Shown: positions 24,440 through 36,642, counted from the stretch's first letter. The stretch: DNA of 64,000 nt from Anolis carolinensis (GCF_035594765.1 NC_085843.1:55784201-55848200); one strand, 5' to 3'. Program-made: numbers and translations. Notes: a model not told the origin generated them from the sequence alone.

Positions 24440-25002
24440 TTAGGCTTGATCGATCCATGAAAAATTTGATTCTAAACTCGTTTCAAAACTAGAGGGGGCA
24501 GTTTTTCGTTTTTGTTGCTATTTACGAATTTGGCCCCCAAAAATTTTCGAAATTAACGGAAATTCGTTATTTTCTAAATTAATTCGTTAATGGCGGACGC
24601 GCATGCGCAATTCCCAAAAACAGCACAGAGGGAGAGGACTTTACAGGACTCTCCCACCCTCATTTTTTGAGTGATCTTCTTCCAACTTGGTACAGTGGTA
24701 GAACACATTTAAAACTGATAGCTCACCAAAATTTGGAACGTTTCCCTTATCCTCTGATTTTTGGCGAATTTTCATAGCTTTTATAATAAACCATTTTTTA
24801 ATAATTGCAGAAATCTGTTCCTGGTTTGAAAGTCTTATTTCCTGTTAAATTGGGTTGTCTTTACTGTGAAAGTCATTGTTCTACTTCAGAAACTTTGTTT
24901 TTGTGGCTGAAACTTTGTTAAATTGGTGTGTGTGTGATATATACTGTGTATATATATATAGTCCCTGCATATGTGTGTGTGTGTTTGTGTGTGTGTGTAT
25001 AT

Positions 25003-25160
25003 AGGTAAAGGTAAAGGTATCCCTTGACGTTAAGTTCAGTCATGTCTGACTCTGGGGGTTGGTGCTCATCTCCATTTCTAAGCCCAAGAGCCAGTGTTGT
25101 CCATAGACACCTCCAAGGTCATGTGGCCGGCATGACTACATGGAGTGCCATTACCTTCCC
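25003..25160 (-). mobile_element. Sauria SINE 3' fragment inside the hAT
   Basis: Reverse complement of the 3' half and (ACCTTT)n tail of the copy at 31909-32212. Confidence 0.85.
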
Positions 25161-25169
25161 AGAAACACC

Positions 25170-25412
25170 CAGAAAATGGGAATTCCAGACAGGAAACAAT
25201 CAGGGCCAGCTAATACCTCCCAACAAAGGATTCCCCCAGGTAGGAAGCAGCCAGGCTTTGAAGCTGCAAGGCTATTCAATGCTAATCAAGGTGACCAATT
25301 GCAACATTCACACTTGCCTCCCACAGACAAGAGTTCTTTCTCCCACCCTGGACCTTCCACAGATATATAAACCCCACTTGCCTAGCTTCGCACAGACGTC
25401 AAAACCTCTGAG
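25170..25412 (+). mobile_element. Penelope-like element 3' fragment inside the hAT
   Basis: Matches in reverse complement the Helitron segment at about 23660-23800, and ends at AACCTCTGAG, where the hammerhead-bearing copy at 61881 begins. Confidence 0.65.
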
Positions 25413-25414
25413 TA

Positions 25415-26200
25415 TCAGGCCTGGCAGGCAGGGAAGGGCGAGCGAGCGAAGGGAGGACAGCCGCCGGAGGAGGACGAAGCAGAGGGGAAGGGGTCTCGAT
25501 CCGCCGCCTCCGCCCGCCTGGATGCGCCTTGCGAGGAGGAGGCGGAGGAAGCGGAGGAGGGGGCGGCAGAGGGAGAAGCAGAGGCAGGCAGTGAGGGAGG
25601 CATGAGCAGCGCCGCCCGCGCCCCTCGCCCGCCTTCGCCTTCCGCCTCCTAAGCGACCCTCCCTCCCTCCCTCCCAGCCCCATCCTCCCCGCAAGGCTTC
25701 CGAGGAGGAGGAGGAGAGGACGCCGCCCGAAGGAAAGGAAAGGTCGGTGGGCTCTTCGGGGGAGACCTTGGGGAAGGTCGCGGGAAGGGCGGGAGGGGAA
25801 GGGGAAAAGCGCCCCATTTTCAAGAGCCACTTCGGGAGGGAAAGAGGGCAACCAAGGGGGGACCTCCCTCTCCCCCTCCTTCCCTCCTGGAAGAAGAAAG
25901 GAAAGACACGTGGACGTGCCTCCTTTCCGACGTGCGGGCCTCGCCTTCCTGGGCGCTGACACGCGAGAGCCTCCCTCCCGAAGACAGAAACCTGGCCCAG
26001 TCCTTCCTCGGTAGGCTATTGGGAGATCACCCTTGGGAGGTAATAATAATAAATTATTATCAGCTGCTGAGGCGAGGCGGCGGCGGCCATTTCCCCCCTC
26101 CGTCTTCCTCCTCCTCCTCGGCCTCCTTCCCCCTCGCCCCCTCCCATTGGCTGAGCCCGTGACGCCCCTTTTGCTGAGGGGCAAAAGGGAAGGGCCTGAA
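25415..26200. promoter_or_regulatory. CpG-island-like segment with promoter motifs, carried inside the hAT
   Basis: Very GC- and CpG-rich against an AT-rich background; CCAAT (-, about 26146-26150), GTGACG (26159-26164), YY1-like GGCGGCCATTT (about 26082-26092), GC boxes, three RCGTG sites near 25907-25934. Confidence 0.6.
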
Positions 26201-26647
26201 TGGTGGGAGTTTGGGTGCTTTGCAAAAGCTTTTTTTTCCTAACGAAAAAAACGACGACATAACGAAAAACGGCCTCTCGCGATTCGAAACCGCGATATCC
26301 AGACGTGTGACAACCAATGCTTCAAAATTGCTTCAAAACAAACGAAAATAACGAATTAATAACGGTTAACGGGGAAAACGAATTATTTGGGCAAGCCTAA
26401 TATAGATTATACTTTTTATTGGTGTAATTCGCGTTTTATTTTTTTCTAGGAGCTTTTATTAGGAATAAAAGGAAAAATAATCCTTGCTCAACTATTAAAC
26501 TCAGTTGGTAACCTTGTGCTTAGTTTCTTTTTGCACAGAAACATAAGTAGGGGTTTTAGTGCAAAGAGCATGCTTTTGGAGGGGACACAAAATTTGCATA
26601 ACAATTGATAGATTTCTATAAATTGTTGGTGTGTGTGTATGAAGGAG

Positions 26648-26780
26648 AGCAAGCATTGTATAATAGTTTGAGTGCTGGGCTATCATTCTGGAGACTAGGG
26701 TTTGATTCCCCCCTCTGCCATGGAAACCCACTAAATGATCTTGGAAGATTCACATATTCTTAGTCCCACAAAACACCATG
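26648..26780 (+). mobile_element. tRNA-derived SINE (Squam3-like) 5' fragment
   Basis: A-box-like and B-box-like (GGGTTTGATTCCC) head followed by GCCATGGAAACCCAC. Confidence 0.5.
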
Positions 26781-26999
26781 ATCCCAAATACAGTAAGTTA
26801 CAATTACTTGTAAGATTGCTTTATTGTTTGATGCCCCACCAGTCGCAAGGATTCTTGTTGTGGGCACTGCAAAGCAAGAAGGCAAAATGGAATCAATATT
26901 ACAGCAGAATCTCATGTACACAACTCATCATTATGCTGGAGTTTTGTGTTTTACCAAACAAAATTTGTTTGTGGGTTGACACGGAAAGTTCTGATTGAA

Positions 27000-27145
27000 G
27001 GTAGGCAGTGGGCAGCAAAGAGCTGTGGACTTTCCGCCACTGCAGATCATTAAAAAGTGGTTGGATGGCTATCTCTCTGAAGTACTTTGGCAGGAGCTAT
27101 GGACTAGAAAATCTTTGTAGTCCTTCCAGATCTATGATTTTATTA
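27000..27145 (+). mobile_element. CR1 LINE 3' tail fragment
   Basis: GGTTGGATGGCTATCT..GGACTAGA..CCTTCCAGATCTATGATT is a CR1-type terminus. Confidence 0.55.
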
Positions 27146-29333
27146 TCCAGTCCATTGCTTTCACCAAATCTTAGCATGCTGGGAACCTGATTTTTTGGTT
27201 GCTTGACTAGTGATGGGTACCAAGTGTACATGTAAACTGGACACATGGTGAAGCTGGTAAAACTAAGCTGGTAAAACACAGCCTCAGAGGGAACCAGTGA
27301 CAAACTTCTTCCAAACAGTTATGTCTTGCTGTAGTTTCTCACTTAACTGCAAGCTAAGACTGTACATAATGTAAAATATACACATGCAGTATGCATACTG
27401 TTCCAATATTCACATTCTGTGTTTCTAAGATTTTTAAAAAACCCATTGCATTTGTATGACAGTGCATTCATGTAGAATATTCTGCAACTGTGAAATAGGC
27501 AATTCCATATGAAGCCGTGACTAGTTTTTGTTTAGATAAAGATGAAAGAAACATGGAGATTGATATTGGGCTGTGGTATGTACAGCTCGTTGATTCAAGT
27601 GGTAGTCAGATTTGATACCTGATGCCTGTTGTTTCGGATCTAAATCTGCAATGTGTGGTTTCAGTCATAGAAGGAAACTTGTCCTGTGGTATAGTTTTTT
27701 CAAAGAACACAGCTCACAATATGTATATCATAGATGTTGCAGATTCTTCACAGTGTTATTTCCAACATCTTATTGCTTGCAATTGGCTTTGTTCCTCCAT
27801 TCTTAGTGAAAATATGCTACCATTTTATGTTTCAAGAGCTTTTTTGGTCAAGAGGTGAAAATGCAACCTGGTGTGAACCGATTTGGACTTCACATGCTCA
27901 AAACTTATGACAGAGCAGGTCTGCCCACATCCACTTACCACTTTCCAGTTTAATTCATGGGCATCATTATTTTCTCCCAGGCAAAATGAATGAGTGAGGC
28001 TTAGGGGTAATTTCTGTGCTTGTGCAAACAAGATCTCACAACAGCTCAGTATGCAGCAACTCAGTATATGCATTTCATATAAAACTCCTGTACACAGATG
28101 AGACTGTGTTTGTCGTAGCCTCCTTAAACATTAGAATTACATTAGCTGAAATTTGGCTGCCACATTCCTCTATTTTCAGTAGGCAAATGGTGTTATTCTC
28201 TATGTATGGTATGGAGATCCTTTCTCAGATTTCCAGGGAGTAATAGAGATCTTCCTTCAGAGAAGAAAGTATTGGAAGAAAGGATGATAGGCTCAAGAAG
28301 AACACCAAAATAATTAAGATGTATTTTCTTAATACTGTCTTGTGATATATTATCAAACACGTTGATGTTGTGTCATGGAGAGTGATACAAGTCAGTATTC
28401 ATGGATTACTGTCATATCTAGCATAACTTGTCACTTGCAATATATTCTTATAGTTCCTGCTTATTTCTTTAGCCTTCCAAAGGCATTGGTGAGTTTCCAA
28501 CAAATCAGCATCCAATGAACACCGTTTTCTTGAAATACTAGCTTCTTTAGAGCATGTAGGAACCTGCCTAACTTAACTATCTTCTATATTTATTAAGAAA
28601 GAGTACTGGGAATGCCTGATTTGAATAATATTTATCTAGTTACATTAACAATAGATCTCCTTGTTGTTTGATATTTGATGCAAAATTGTTTCAAACCTTT
28701 TTACAGTGAAGAGCAAATACTTTGTTTCCTTTAGTAATAATAATGATAACAGTAAGAACATGTGTAAAATATGCCCAGAGTCTGAATGGTCAGAGTATGC
28801 TAGAGATTGATTTAGCTGTTCTAAAAGTGGATAGTACCACCCAAAATATGATAAGTTAATTTTTGGCTATATTTATTGTTTGGTGAATATAGTTTATGAT
28901 TATGAGTAAAAAAATTGTTATGAAAATCCTTTTCACCTTTCTTTTCATTCTATTGCCTTTATATATTTTTAAGAAGTAATGGTTGTCTATGTAAAGGTGA
29001 TAAAGCTCAATAATTTGATTTTGAAAAAATACTGCGAGTCATGGTACAGATTATGTGTTTGTACATGATCTTAGATTGGACTACAGAGGAACGTAGCCCC
29101 TCTGTGTGTTAGATCTTGCACACCTGGTTATTACTTACATATCTAATACCTGAACAGTCACTGGCTGGAATGTACATTCAACTTCCGCCCAACAGAACCC
29201 CCTTTTTTTTTTTTAGTAAAGTAGAAAAATGCTTCCACATACAGTATGCCTTAGCAGGTTCTTTGCATTTTAAAAATATTGACTGTTTTTTGTTTGTTCT
29301 TTGCTGGTTGGTCTGATGTAGTGTGCCCTGGAG

Positions 29334-29510
29334 ATGCGAGACTTCCTCACCACAGCAGGAGTCACTCATCTGGAGAATGCTGGAGCTGCAAGAGGGAAAG
29401 GCCCAGTCCAACAACAGAGAGAAGCCAAGAGGAAAAAAGCAAGCAGACCAACGGCACTGAGGAAAGCACGGGGCAGAAAGTGCTTCAGAACTAATAACAA
29501 GGGAACTTGA
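29334..29510 (+). CDS. Upstream ORF in the BCL9 leader, 58 aa, basic
   Basis: ATG in GAGATGC context; reads MRDFLTTAGVTHLENAGAARGKGPVQQQREAKRKKASRPTALRKARGRKCFRTNNKGT*; ends 46 nt before the BCL9 ATG. Inferred exon acceptor at 29321/29322. Confidence 0.55.
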   Translation: MRDFLTTAGVTHLENAGAARGKGPVQQQREAKRKKASRPTALRKARGRKCFRTNNKGT

Positions 29511-29556
29511 CAAGAGCTTGTCAGTGTGTGTGTTTGTGTGCGTAGGATTTCTGTCA

Positions 29557-29609
29557 ATGCATTCCAGTAACCCCAAAGTGAGAAATTCCCCATCAGGAAA
29601 TGCCCAAAG
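29557..29609 (+). CDS. BCL9: BCL9 coding exon 1 (MHSSNPKVRNSPSGNAQS)
   Basis: Recognisable BCL9 N-terminus; donor AG|GTAAGT. Confidence 0.95.
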
Positions 29610-31075
29610 GTAAGTAGTATTCATTACAAGGTTATAACAGAAGGGAATACAAAACAATGTTTGCCATATGTAATTACATCATTGAAAATCTCTATCCTGT
29701 GTTCTTCATCTTTTTAAAATTTTCTATGAGAAATGGACAATCCAACACAACAGTCACCCTCTCAGTGTGCTGTTTTATCAGGCATGGTCTGTTTCTTCAA
29801 AATTCTTTCTGAGAACCATGGTTTTCCCAGCACAGTTTTTCCACCTCTGTTGGATTCACATTGCAGTGAAATGATGAATAATCTTTGACTACCCCCATCC
29901 CATCCCCATTGAATCTCTCGGCACCACCTTCTGATTAGATAGAACAGCTTTAGAGAGGGGTGACAGGCTCAGCCTGTCTACTTGACAGCACACTTCACCC
30001 ATGCTTTTATTTTATTAGTAAATTAAATACTGAAGCAAAGAGGGATATGTTTCCTTGTCAGATCTTTGGCTTGGTGTTCCGGGGAAAACACAACTTTCTT
30101 AGGCCAGAGAAGGTAGATTGTCCCTTTAAAAAACCACTTTGAAAATAAGTTGCAAAGGTATCAGCCTTGTAGCAGATATGTTAATTGAGAGATCACTTTG
30201 CACGAAGTAAACAAATGCTAAGCCAGAGAAGGGGAGAATAGACAGAGTAGGAACCTCTCTACTTTATTGCTCTAATTTCATCATATTTAGAATGCCCACT
30301 AATCTTATGAGTACATTCAGTTGATATACAGGTCTAGCAGTAGTCTGTCCACATAAGTCTATAATACCTATTTTGAACTTGCATGTTTTTGTTATCAAGG
30401 GAATCTAATCTTCTGGCTGTTGAATATTATTGTTAATCACTTCCATATTTTCACCACCTCTACCATGTTAAGAGTTTACAAAATAGAAAATGTAATGCAC
30501 ACACTTGTATAACTTGCATTTTCAACTTACTTTCAAAGACAGGTAAAATTTGCATCTTTCGGCTGAAAAGAAATGATAGTGATGTAACTCCTGTTGATTT
30601 GGGACAAGTAATTTATGATAGAAATCCACAATTGGGTGTTCGTTCAGCTGTAGTCTTATAAACCGGTTAGATCTTTCTTGGACTAGCTTTTATCCTGCAG
30701 TCGAACTGTGTTGCTTGAATCCAGGAGGTTGGCATTATAAAGTTTATGGTGCTCTGCTTATTTACTTTGTGCTGGTCTTAGCGAGAGGCACGTCTTTGTA
30801 CATAGAAACCATTGTTTTTATTGACAGAAGTCACAGAGGTACATCTCTATATGAATTACTGCTTCCTAGGATCTGGATTGTTGCTGCTTTGCAGTATTCC
30901 TTCAAGTAGTTGTATTTCCAGCTGGATAGTAACACAAAATAGCAGCTGGATGGCATGGTTAAAATAGCTTATTGGTGCCGCATTCTATAACAAGACTGAG
31001 TTGGTGGCAAGTTCTGTGTACATTGGTATTGTATTTTTAATATAAATTTCTCTTTTCCTAATCTTTGCTTTCCAG

Positions 31076-31392
31076 TAGTCCCAAATCAAAGCAGGAGGTG
31101 ATGGTCCGTCCCCCAACAGTGATGTCCCCATCTGGCAATCCCCAGCTGGACTCTAAATTCTCTAACCAGGGTAAACAGGGGGGCTCCACAGGCCAATCCC
31201 AGCCCTCTCCGTGTGACCCCAAGAGTGGGAGCCATACACCCAAAGTGCTCCCCGGACAAGGGGCAAGCATGGGGTTGAAGAATGGGGCTGGCAGTGGTTC
31301 AAAAGGGAAAGGAAAGAGAGAGAGGAGTATTTCAGCGGACTCGTTTGAACAGAGGGATGCTGGAACTCCCAGTGATGAATCTGAAATCAAAG
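31076..31392 (+). CDS. BCL9: BCL9 coding exon 2
   Basis: SPKSKQEVMVRPPTVMSPSGNPQLDSKFSNQGK..ESEIK; CAG| acceptor, AG|GTATGT donor; phase consistent. Confidence 0.95.
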
Positions 31393-31908
31393 GTATGTCT
31401 GCATGTGAAGATGCACAAATAGGGGATGGTATCAGTCATTAGTAACTTATCGCTTATCTTGCCTGTAATAGTTTGCCTTGTAAACCTCAGGGTTCTAGAA
31501 ATAGAGCAAGTGAAAAAAAATAAAGTTAAATTTATGTATTGGGATGAATGAAAATTGTTACATAGAAATGGATTTGAAAAGTTACCATGACTAGCTGGTC
31601 TCCTGCAAAAATTGAAATTTGCTAGAGTGAGCCCTTGTTACTCAAAAAAAGGAACCTGTGTGACCTGACTATAGAAAAAACAAATTGTTCTTTAATAGTG
31701 TGTTGTTTCATATGCTTGATCAGAATGCAAGGCCCAGGAATCTATAGCATGCTAAAGACAATCCAGATGCCTAGCGGTGGGCTTCTCATACTTGGAAAAC
31801 CAAATATGCATTCTCTGAGCATGTGAAAGGCCAAGGTTTAAAGGGAAAATCCATACTTAAAGATATGTGTATCATTCACAATTAACGTGTGTATATATGT
31901 ATGCCTGT

Positions 31909-32212
31909 GAGCCCCCGGTGGCGCAGTGGATTAAACCGCTGAGCTGCTGAACTTGCTGACTGAAAGGTTGGTGGTTCAAATCCGAGGAGCGGATTTGAAC
32001 CACCAGCTTCTGCCAACGTAGCAGTTCGAAAACATGCAAATGTGAGTAGATCAATAGGTACCACTCAGGTGGGATAGTAACAGCGTTCCATGCAGTCATG
32101 CCGGCCACATGACTACGGATAACGCAGGCTTTTCAGCTTAGAAATGGAGATGAGCACCAACCCCCAGTCAGACATGACGAGACTTAATGTCAGGGGAAAA
32201 CCTTTACCTTTA
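31909..32212 (+). mobile_element. Sauria SINE, near full length
   Basis: tRNA-like head GAGCCCCCGGTGGCGCAGTGG..GGTTCAAATCC and (ACCTTT)n tail. Confidence 0.9.
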
Positions 32213-32235
32213 ACTTATATATTTTATACTCATCT

Positions 32236-32439
32236 ACTGTGGGCCCTTTGTATCCACTGGGATTTAGTTGAGGATACCAAAATTCATGGATGCCCAAGTC
32301 CCATTGTCTACAGTGGCATAGTAAAACAGTGTTCTTTATATAAAGTGGTAAAATCAAGGTTTGCATTTAGAAATATTTTCATACTATGGATTGTTGAACC
32401 AGTTGATACAGAATCAATGAATTTTGAGGGCAGACTGTA
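32236..32439. mobile_element. Tigger-like Tc1/mariner MITE (old)
   Basis: Degenerate TIRs CTGTGGGCCCT.. / ..GAGGGCAGACTG, followed by TA. Confidence 0.5.
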
Positions 32440-34119
32440 TTACCAGTAGATTGGAAGTAGCCAGTGGTGTCAATGCTCATTTTTTTGTAAGTCGCATCAT
32501 TCAGTTTAGCTTTTTAAAGCTATGTATTTTGTAAATACTTCAGTTGGTATTTTCTATATTTGGACTGGCATCATAATGAGTTCCAATGCTGTATCATTAA
32601 GACACACAGAAGCTGAAATATTGCTATAAATAGAATTAAAAGTACGTTGAAAATGTACCTATTAAAAATAACAAATACAGATAATATAGCACCTTATTGA
32701 CTTTATCCACCAGCAGTTAGTTCTCAGTGGCTTCTTGAAAGAAAAATGTTCACACCTGTCTCTGGAAGGACATGATGGAGGATGTCAGTCCAGCCTCTCT
32801 GGGATGGTTTCTAGAGCTTGATGCTGCTGCTATTCAGAAGGCCCTCTTCTGTATTGCTACTTGGCATACCTGAAAGGGTGATAGGAAGGCTCTCCTCTGA
32901 TGATTTCAAGGCACAGGTAGCATTATGTAGGAGATCTTTCTAATAAACTGGACATGAGCCATATCAGTTGTAATGAGTTTTTCCTGGAAACAGACCAGTA
33001 GCTGTTTTAACAAGGGAGTTATGTGCTCCCTATAACTAGTTCAGTCAGTAGTCTGGCTGCAGCTCATTTAGTTAGCTGAAATTTCTGAACACTCTTCAAA
33101 GGTAGGCCCACATAGAGTGCAGTATAGTAATCCAAATAGCCCATAATGTTAATGTGATGGTATCCCACTGTGATCCCTTGGGATAGAGTGGGTTAAAATA
33201 ACAACAAAGGAATGTAAGTTCCTCTAGAAGAAAGATGCAAGGAAAGAGAGAGCTCGCAGAACAAAAGAATTGCTCTTCAGATCCTTTATTTGAGCCATGC
33301 ATTGGAGAGGGATACGTAGTTTTAGAGACTGTGAGTAGAAGCTTTGCTGCCACCCATTTTACCTGAAAGATTTCATTCCCTTTGTGCCAATTTAACAGGC
33401 CTAATTTTTACATTTATTAATAATTACTATGTCCACATACTTGAACTAGAGCCTTGACTGAGGTAGGAAAAGCATGTCTGTTAGCACTCTGTGGCATTGG
33501 GGGAGGCAGATCTAATCTCTCAGTCCCAGAGGGTCTGTTCTGCTTAAAAGTGTCATAGGAACTGTTCGCACAAGGCTTAGGAGTGCTACTGTTGGGCTTG
33601 TGGTAGTGTTGTTTGTGTAAATCCCATGTGCTGTACATGGGAGTTGTCTTAATCGGCTAACATGGTTTACTGCATTCAGCAGTCACCTTCTTGCATTCAC
33701 ACAAATAGCACGCACGCTTGAGTGGTGCTTAACCACAAGTCTGTTTGGCTCTGTGCAAGCTCAAGACACTCAGGGGAGCCACCAGCTGTAGTAAAGCAAG
33801 CAAAAGCATGCAATTATATCTGCTCAGCCCAGGTTTTCCCAGTTGACCCTCCTTCTCCTTCACTTATTTACTTTTTCCTTTACCTTTCGTTTGTAAGCCT
33901 GCAGGCGAAACCTTTGTATGGTGTTTACTGTTTGTGCAAATGCTTTGCACTGTTAAGTAATCAAATAATTAAGGTTCTGAATTTTTTTATTGGGATTCTT
34001 TTTATACTGTCAGCACCTTTGACTTAAGACTGATCACCTGTACTCAAGCGTTCCATTTTTGTGTGAGCCAGGAATATTATATTGTCAGATTTTTTAAGAA
34101 ACGAAAGTCCTCTTGCATT

Positions 34120-34561
34120 CAGGCAGGCCCCGAGTTACAAACATCCAACTTACAAACAACTCATAGTTAAGAATGGGGATGAGACAACAGGAAGTAAGAG
34201 AAATCTATCCCTTGGAAGGACAATTCACTCTTGGAAGAGTTATCATGGGGAAAAGGTGTCTCCACTGAGCCTTATCACCAATCCTTGTTTCCACATCAAG
34301 CCAAAATTTTCAAAATCTAATTCTCACAGGGACAGAAAGTGAGCTGAAATCTTTTGAACAGGGGCACAAACGGCAAAAGAAAAACTACATATGCTATCCA
34401 AGGCTTAAAAAAACCCTCTTCCATATGCTATCCAAAGCTAAAAAATAGTTTTGGCTGGATTGGAGTTAGACTTAAAAATGTACCTATTATGACTTACAAA
34501 CAAATTCAATTTAAGCACAAATCTACAGAACCTATCTTGTTCATAATTTGGGGACTGCCTG
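34120..34561. mobile_element. Tc1/mariner MITE
   Basis: TIR CAGGCAGGCCCCGAGTTA / TAATTTGGGGACTGCCTG, followed by TA. Confidence 0.7.
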
Positions 34562-35817
34562 TATATTCTGTATATGTTTTAGATAATTTTGCTTAGGATG
34601 CAGAAGGAGTATTAAGGGCAAGCAAGAAAGGTGCTCAGGGGTCAGGTGCTGGATAAAAACAGTTTGGAGTTCTTCTGGGGTGCTAGCAGAACAGTTTTGC
34701 ATGTTTGGTGCTTTAATTTTAGTTCCCGACTCTGAAATGTCTTAGTTGTTTACAAATGTCTTTTTTCAGTAATAGACTTTCTAACATTTTTTTTCTTGCC
34801 TTGGGGTATAAAGTTTAGATATCCCATAGCCAGTGACACATTTTTTAAAAAGCTAGGTGGCTGCACTTGAATGGATACAGTGCCTGGATAGCAGGTCATC
34901 TTTCCTAATTCTTAAATTTTGTGTGAAAGACTGCAGTTTTGGACTTGGGAGTGTGAAGCCATCTTTTCCGCTAAAACCCATAAAAAATCTTTTGTTTCTT
35001 ACTGTGTATTATTGTCTTATTTATAACAGCATAAGAATTTATTTTTTTATCTTTCTTAGCCTTTGAATCAAACTTATTCTTTTTGCAGTGGTTCCTACAC
35101 CAGATAATTTTGGTCTCCAATACCCAAATCCCCAGCCAGCATAGTTGGGGATTCTAGGAGTTGTATCCCAGCCACAGCTTGGGGTACCCAAAATTGAGAA
35201 CTCCTGCCTTTAAGTGTTGATAGCAGTTTTTTTAAAAATATGGAAATTATATATTACTCAGGGACAAAATCCACACAATGAATATTCTCTTGTCTATTAA
35301 TATGTTGCTTAGTTATGCTTGCCTTGCTTTTGGTCAATCCCGTTAAGGAAGTGGCATAAATCTCCTTAAAAACACATGTATTATGCACTCCTATCTGATG
35401 TGTCAAGATGGAAGCAATTCATCCTGTGTTAGGTTTATATTGGTAGTAATTTGTATATAAAGTATATTAAATATTGTAGGTATACTCATTTGCAGAGAGA
35501 CAAGTTGAGTTTTGTTAACTGACTCGAACTCTGGAAAAGCCTTTCATCTAGCCAAAATGTAAAAGATTGAATAACTTGCAATTGGAGGGATTTGGTAAAA
35601 CCTTACTTGAGACCAATCAGATTGGAATATATTGAGTAATGAAGTTTGACAAATACATAATGTTGTTTAAAACAATACTGCTAGTATGTAAAGTGTATTA
35701 ACAGAGGTCTAGTGGGAGCTCGCAGAACCAAAGTAAATAGGGATGCAAGAGTGTGTGATCGGATTTCAATTTCTATCATGTCTTGATGCTGAGGTCTCTC
35801 TGCTTCCTTAATTTCAG

Positions 35818-36007
35818 ATATTGGTTCTGCTGATCATACAAAACCACAAGATTCCCAACATACAATGCACTCCATGACACCTTCAAATCCTTCGGTCCCA
35901 CGTTCCTCCACACCTTCCCATGGTCAGGCCGCCAGTTCAGAGCCAGGTAGCCTACAAAAGACTCCATCCAAAGTTGTCTATGTCTTTTCAACAGAGATGG
36001 CTAATAA
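35818..36007 (+). CDS. BCL9: BCL9 coding exon 3 (start of HD1, Pygo-binding)
   Basis: DIGSADHTKPQDSQHT..KVVYVFSTEMANK; TTTCAG| acceptor and |GTAAGT donor. Confidence 0.95.
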
Positions 36008-36642
36008 GTAAGTGAATCTTTGATTCCATGGGAGATATCTACAGTATCTGGTTTAGTTTATGAGATAACTGAAGACATCTTCACACATGCATGTTCCAAC
36101 CTGGCTTATGATAACTGCATATTGGTGTGTGTGTGTGTGAGTGTACATGTGTTGCTAGTCACATTGAGTGAAGGTCAGAACACCTGTTGAAATAAGATTT
36201 CTGTACCTCCATCATATCGCAAGGCAGGGTTGGTTCAATGTATATTTGTTTTTAAACTGCAGTAGGATTCATGCAGGAAAGTGAAAATTATTTCTCCTAT
36301 GGACAATGTTATACTTTGTATGGACACGCAGGAGGAGGATGATTGTTTGCAGCCTTACATCATTGGATTCTTGTAATTGGTTACCTTAATTTTGCATAAG
36401 AGCAATAAGATTTATCTAAAAAAAAGCATTATGATAGGCTATTTGGAATAAATATTAATAGGCTAGGACTTTTAAGAAATGTGTATGTTTCAGTATCAAG
36501 GAGCAGGGCCGAAATTTTCTTTTATGCTGTTGGTCTACATGTGTTTTATTACAGTCTGTGTTACAAAAAAGGATCCAGAGTTTGTGTGAATGAAAAACCA
36601 GCATGCTCAATGATTCTCAGTTGCATCTGTTTGTCTTCTCAG

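Larger units (their letters stand above)
24441..26399. mobile_element. Non-autonomous hAT element with composite captured cargo
   Basis: TIR TAGGCTTG / CAAGCCTA; perfect 8-bp TSD ATATAGAT (24433-24440, 26400-26407); subterminal TTCGTT/AACGAA repeat clusters at both ends. Confidence 0.85.

Noticed and set aside
25415-26200. Native BCL9 CpG-island promoter
   Set aside because: It is enclosed by hAT TIRs and a perfect TSD, so it more likely arrived as cargo.
25024-26317. Several 170-260 aa ORFs over the GC-rich segment
   Set aside because: They are Arg/Pro/Gly low-complexity products of GC-rich DNA that cross SINE and Penelope fragments, with no domain signal.
31909-31990. tRNA gene
   Set aside because: The A/B boxes belong to a Sauria SINE; there is no cloverleaf.
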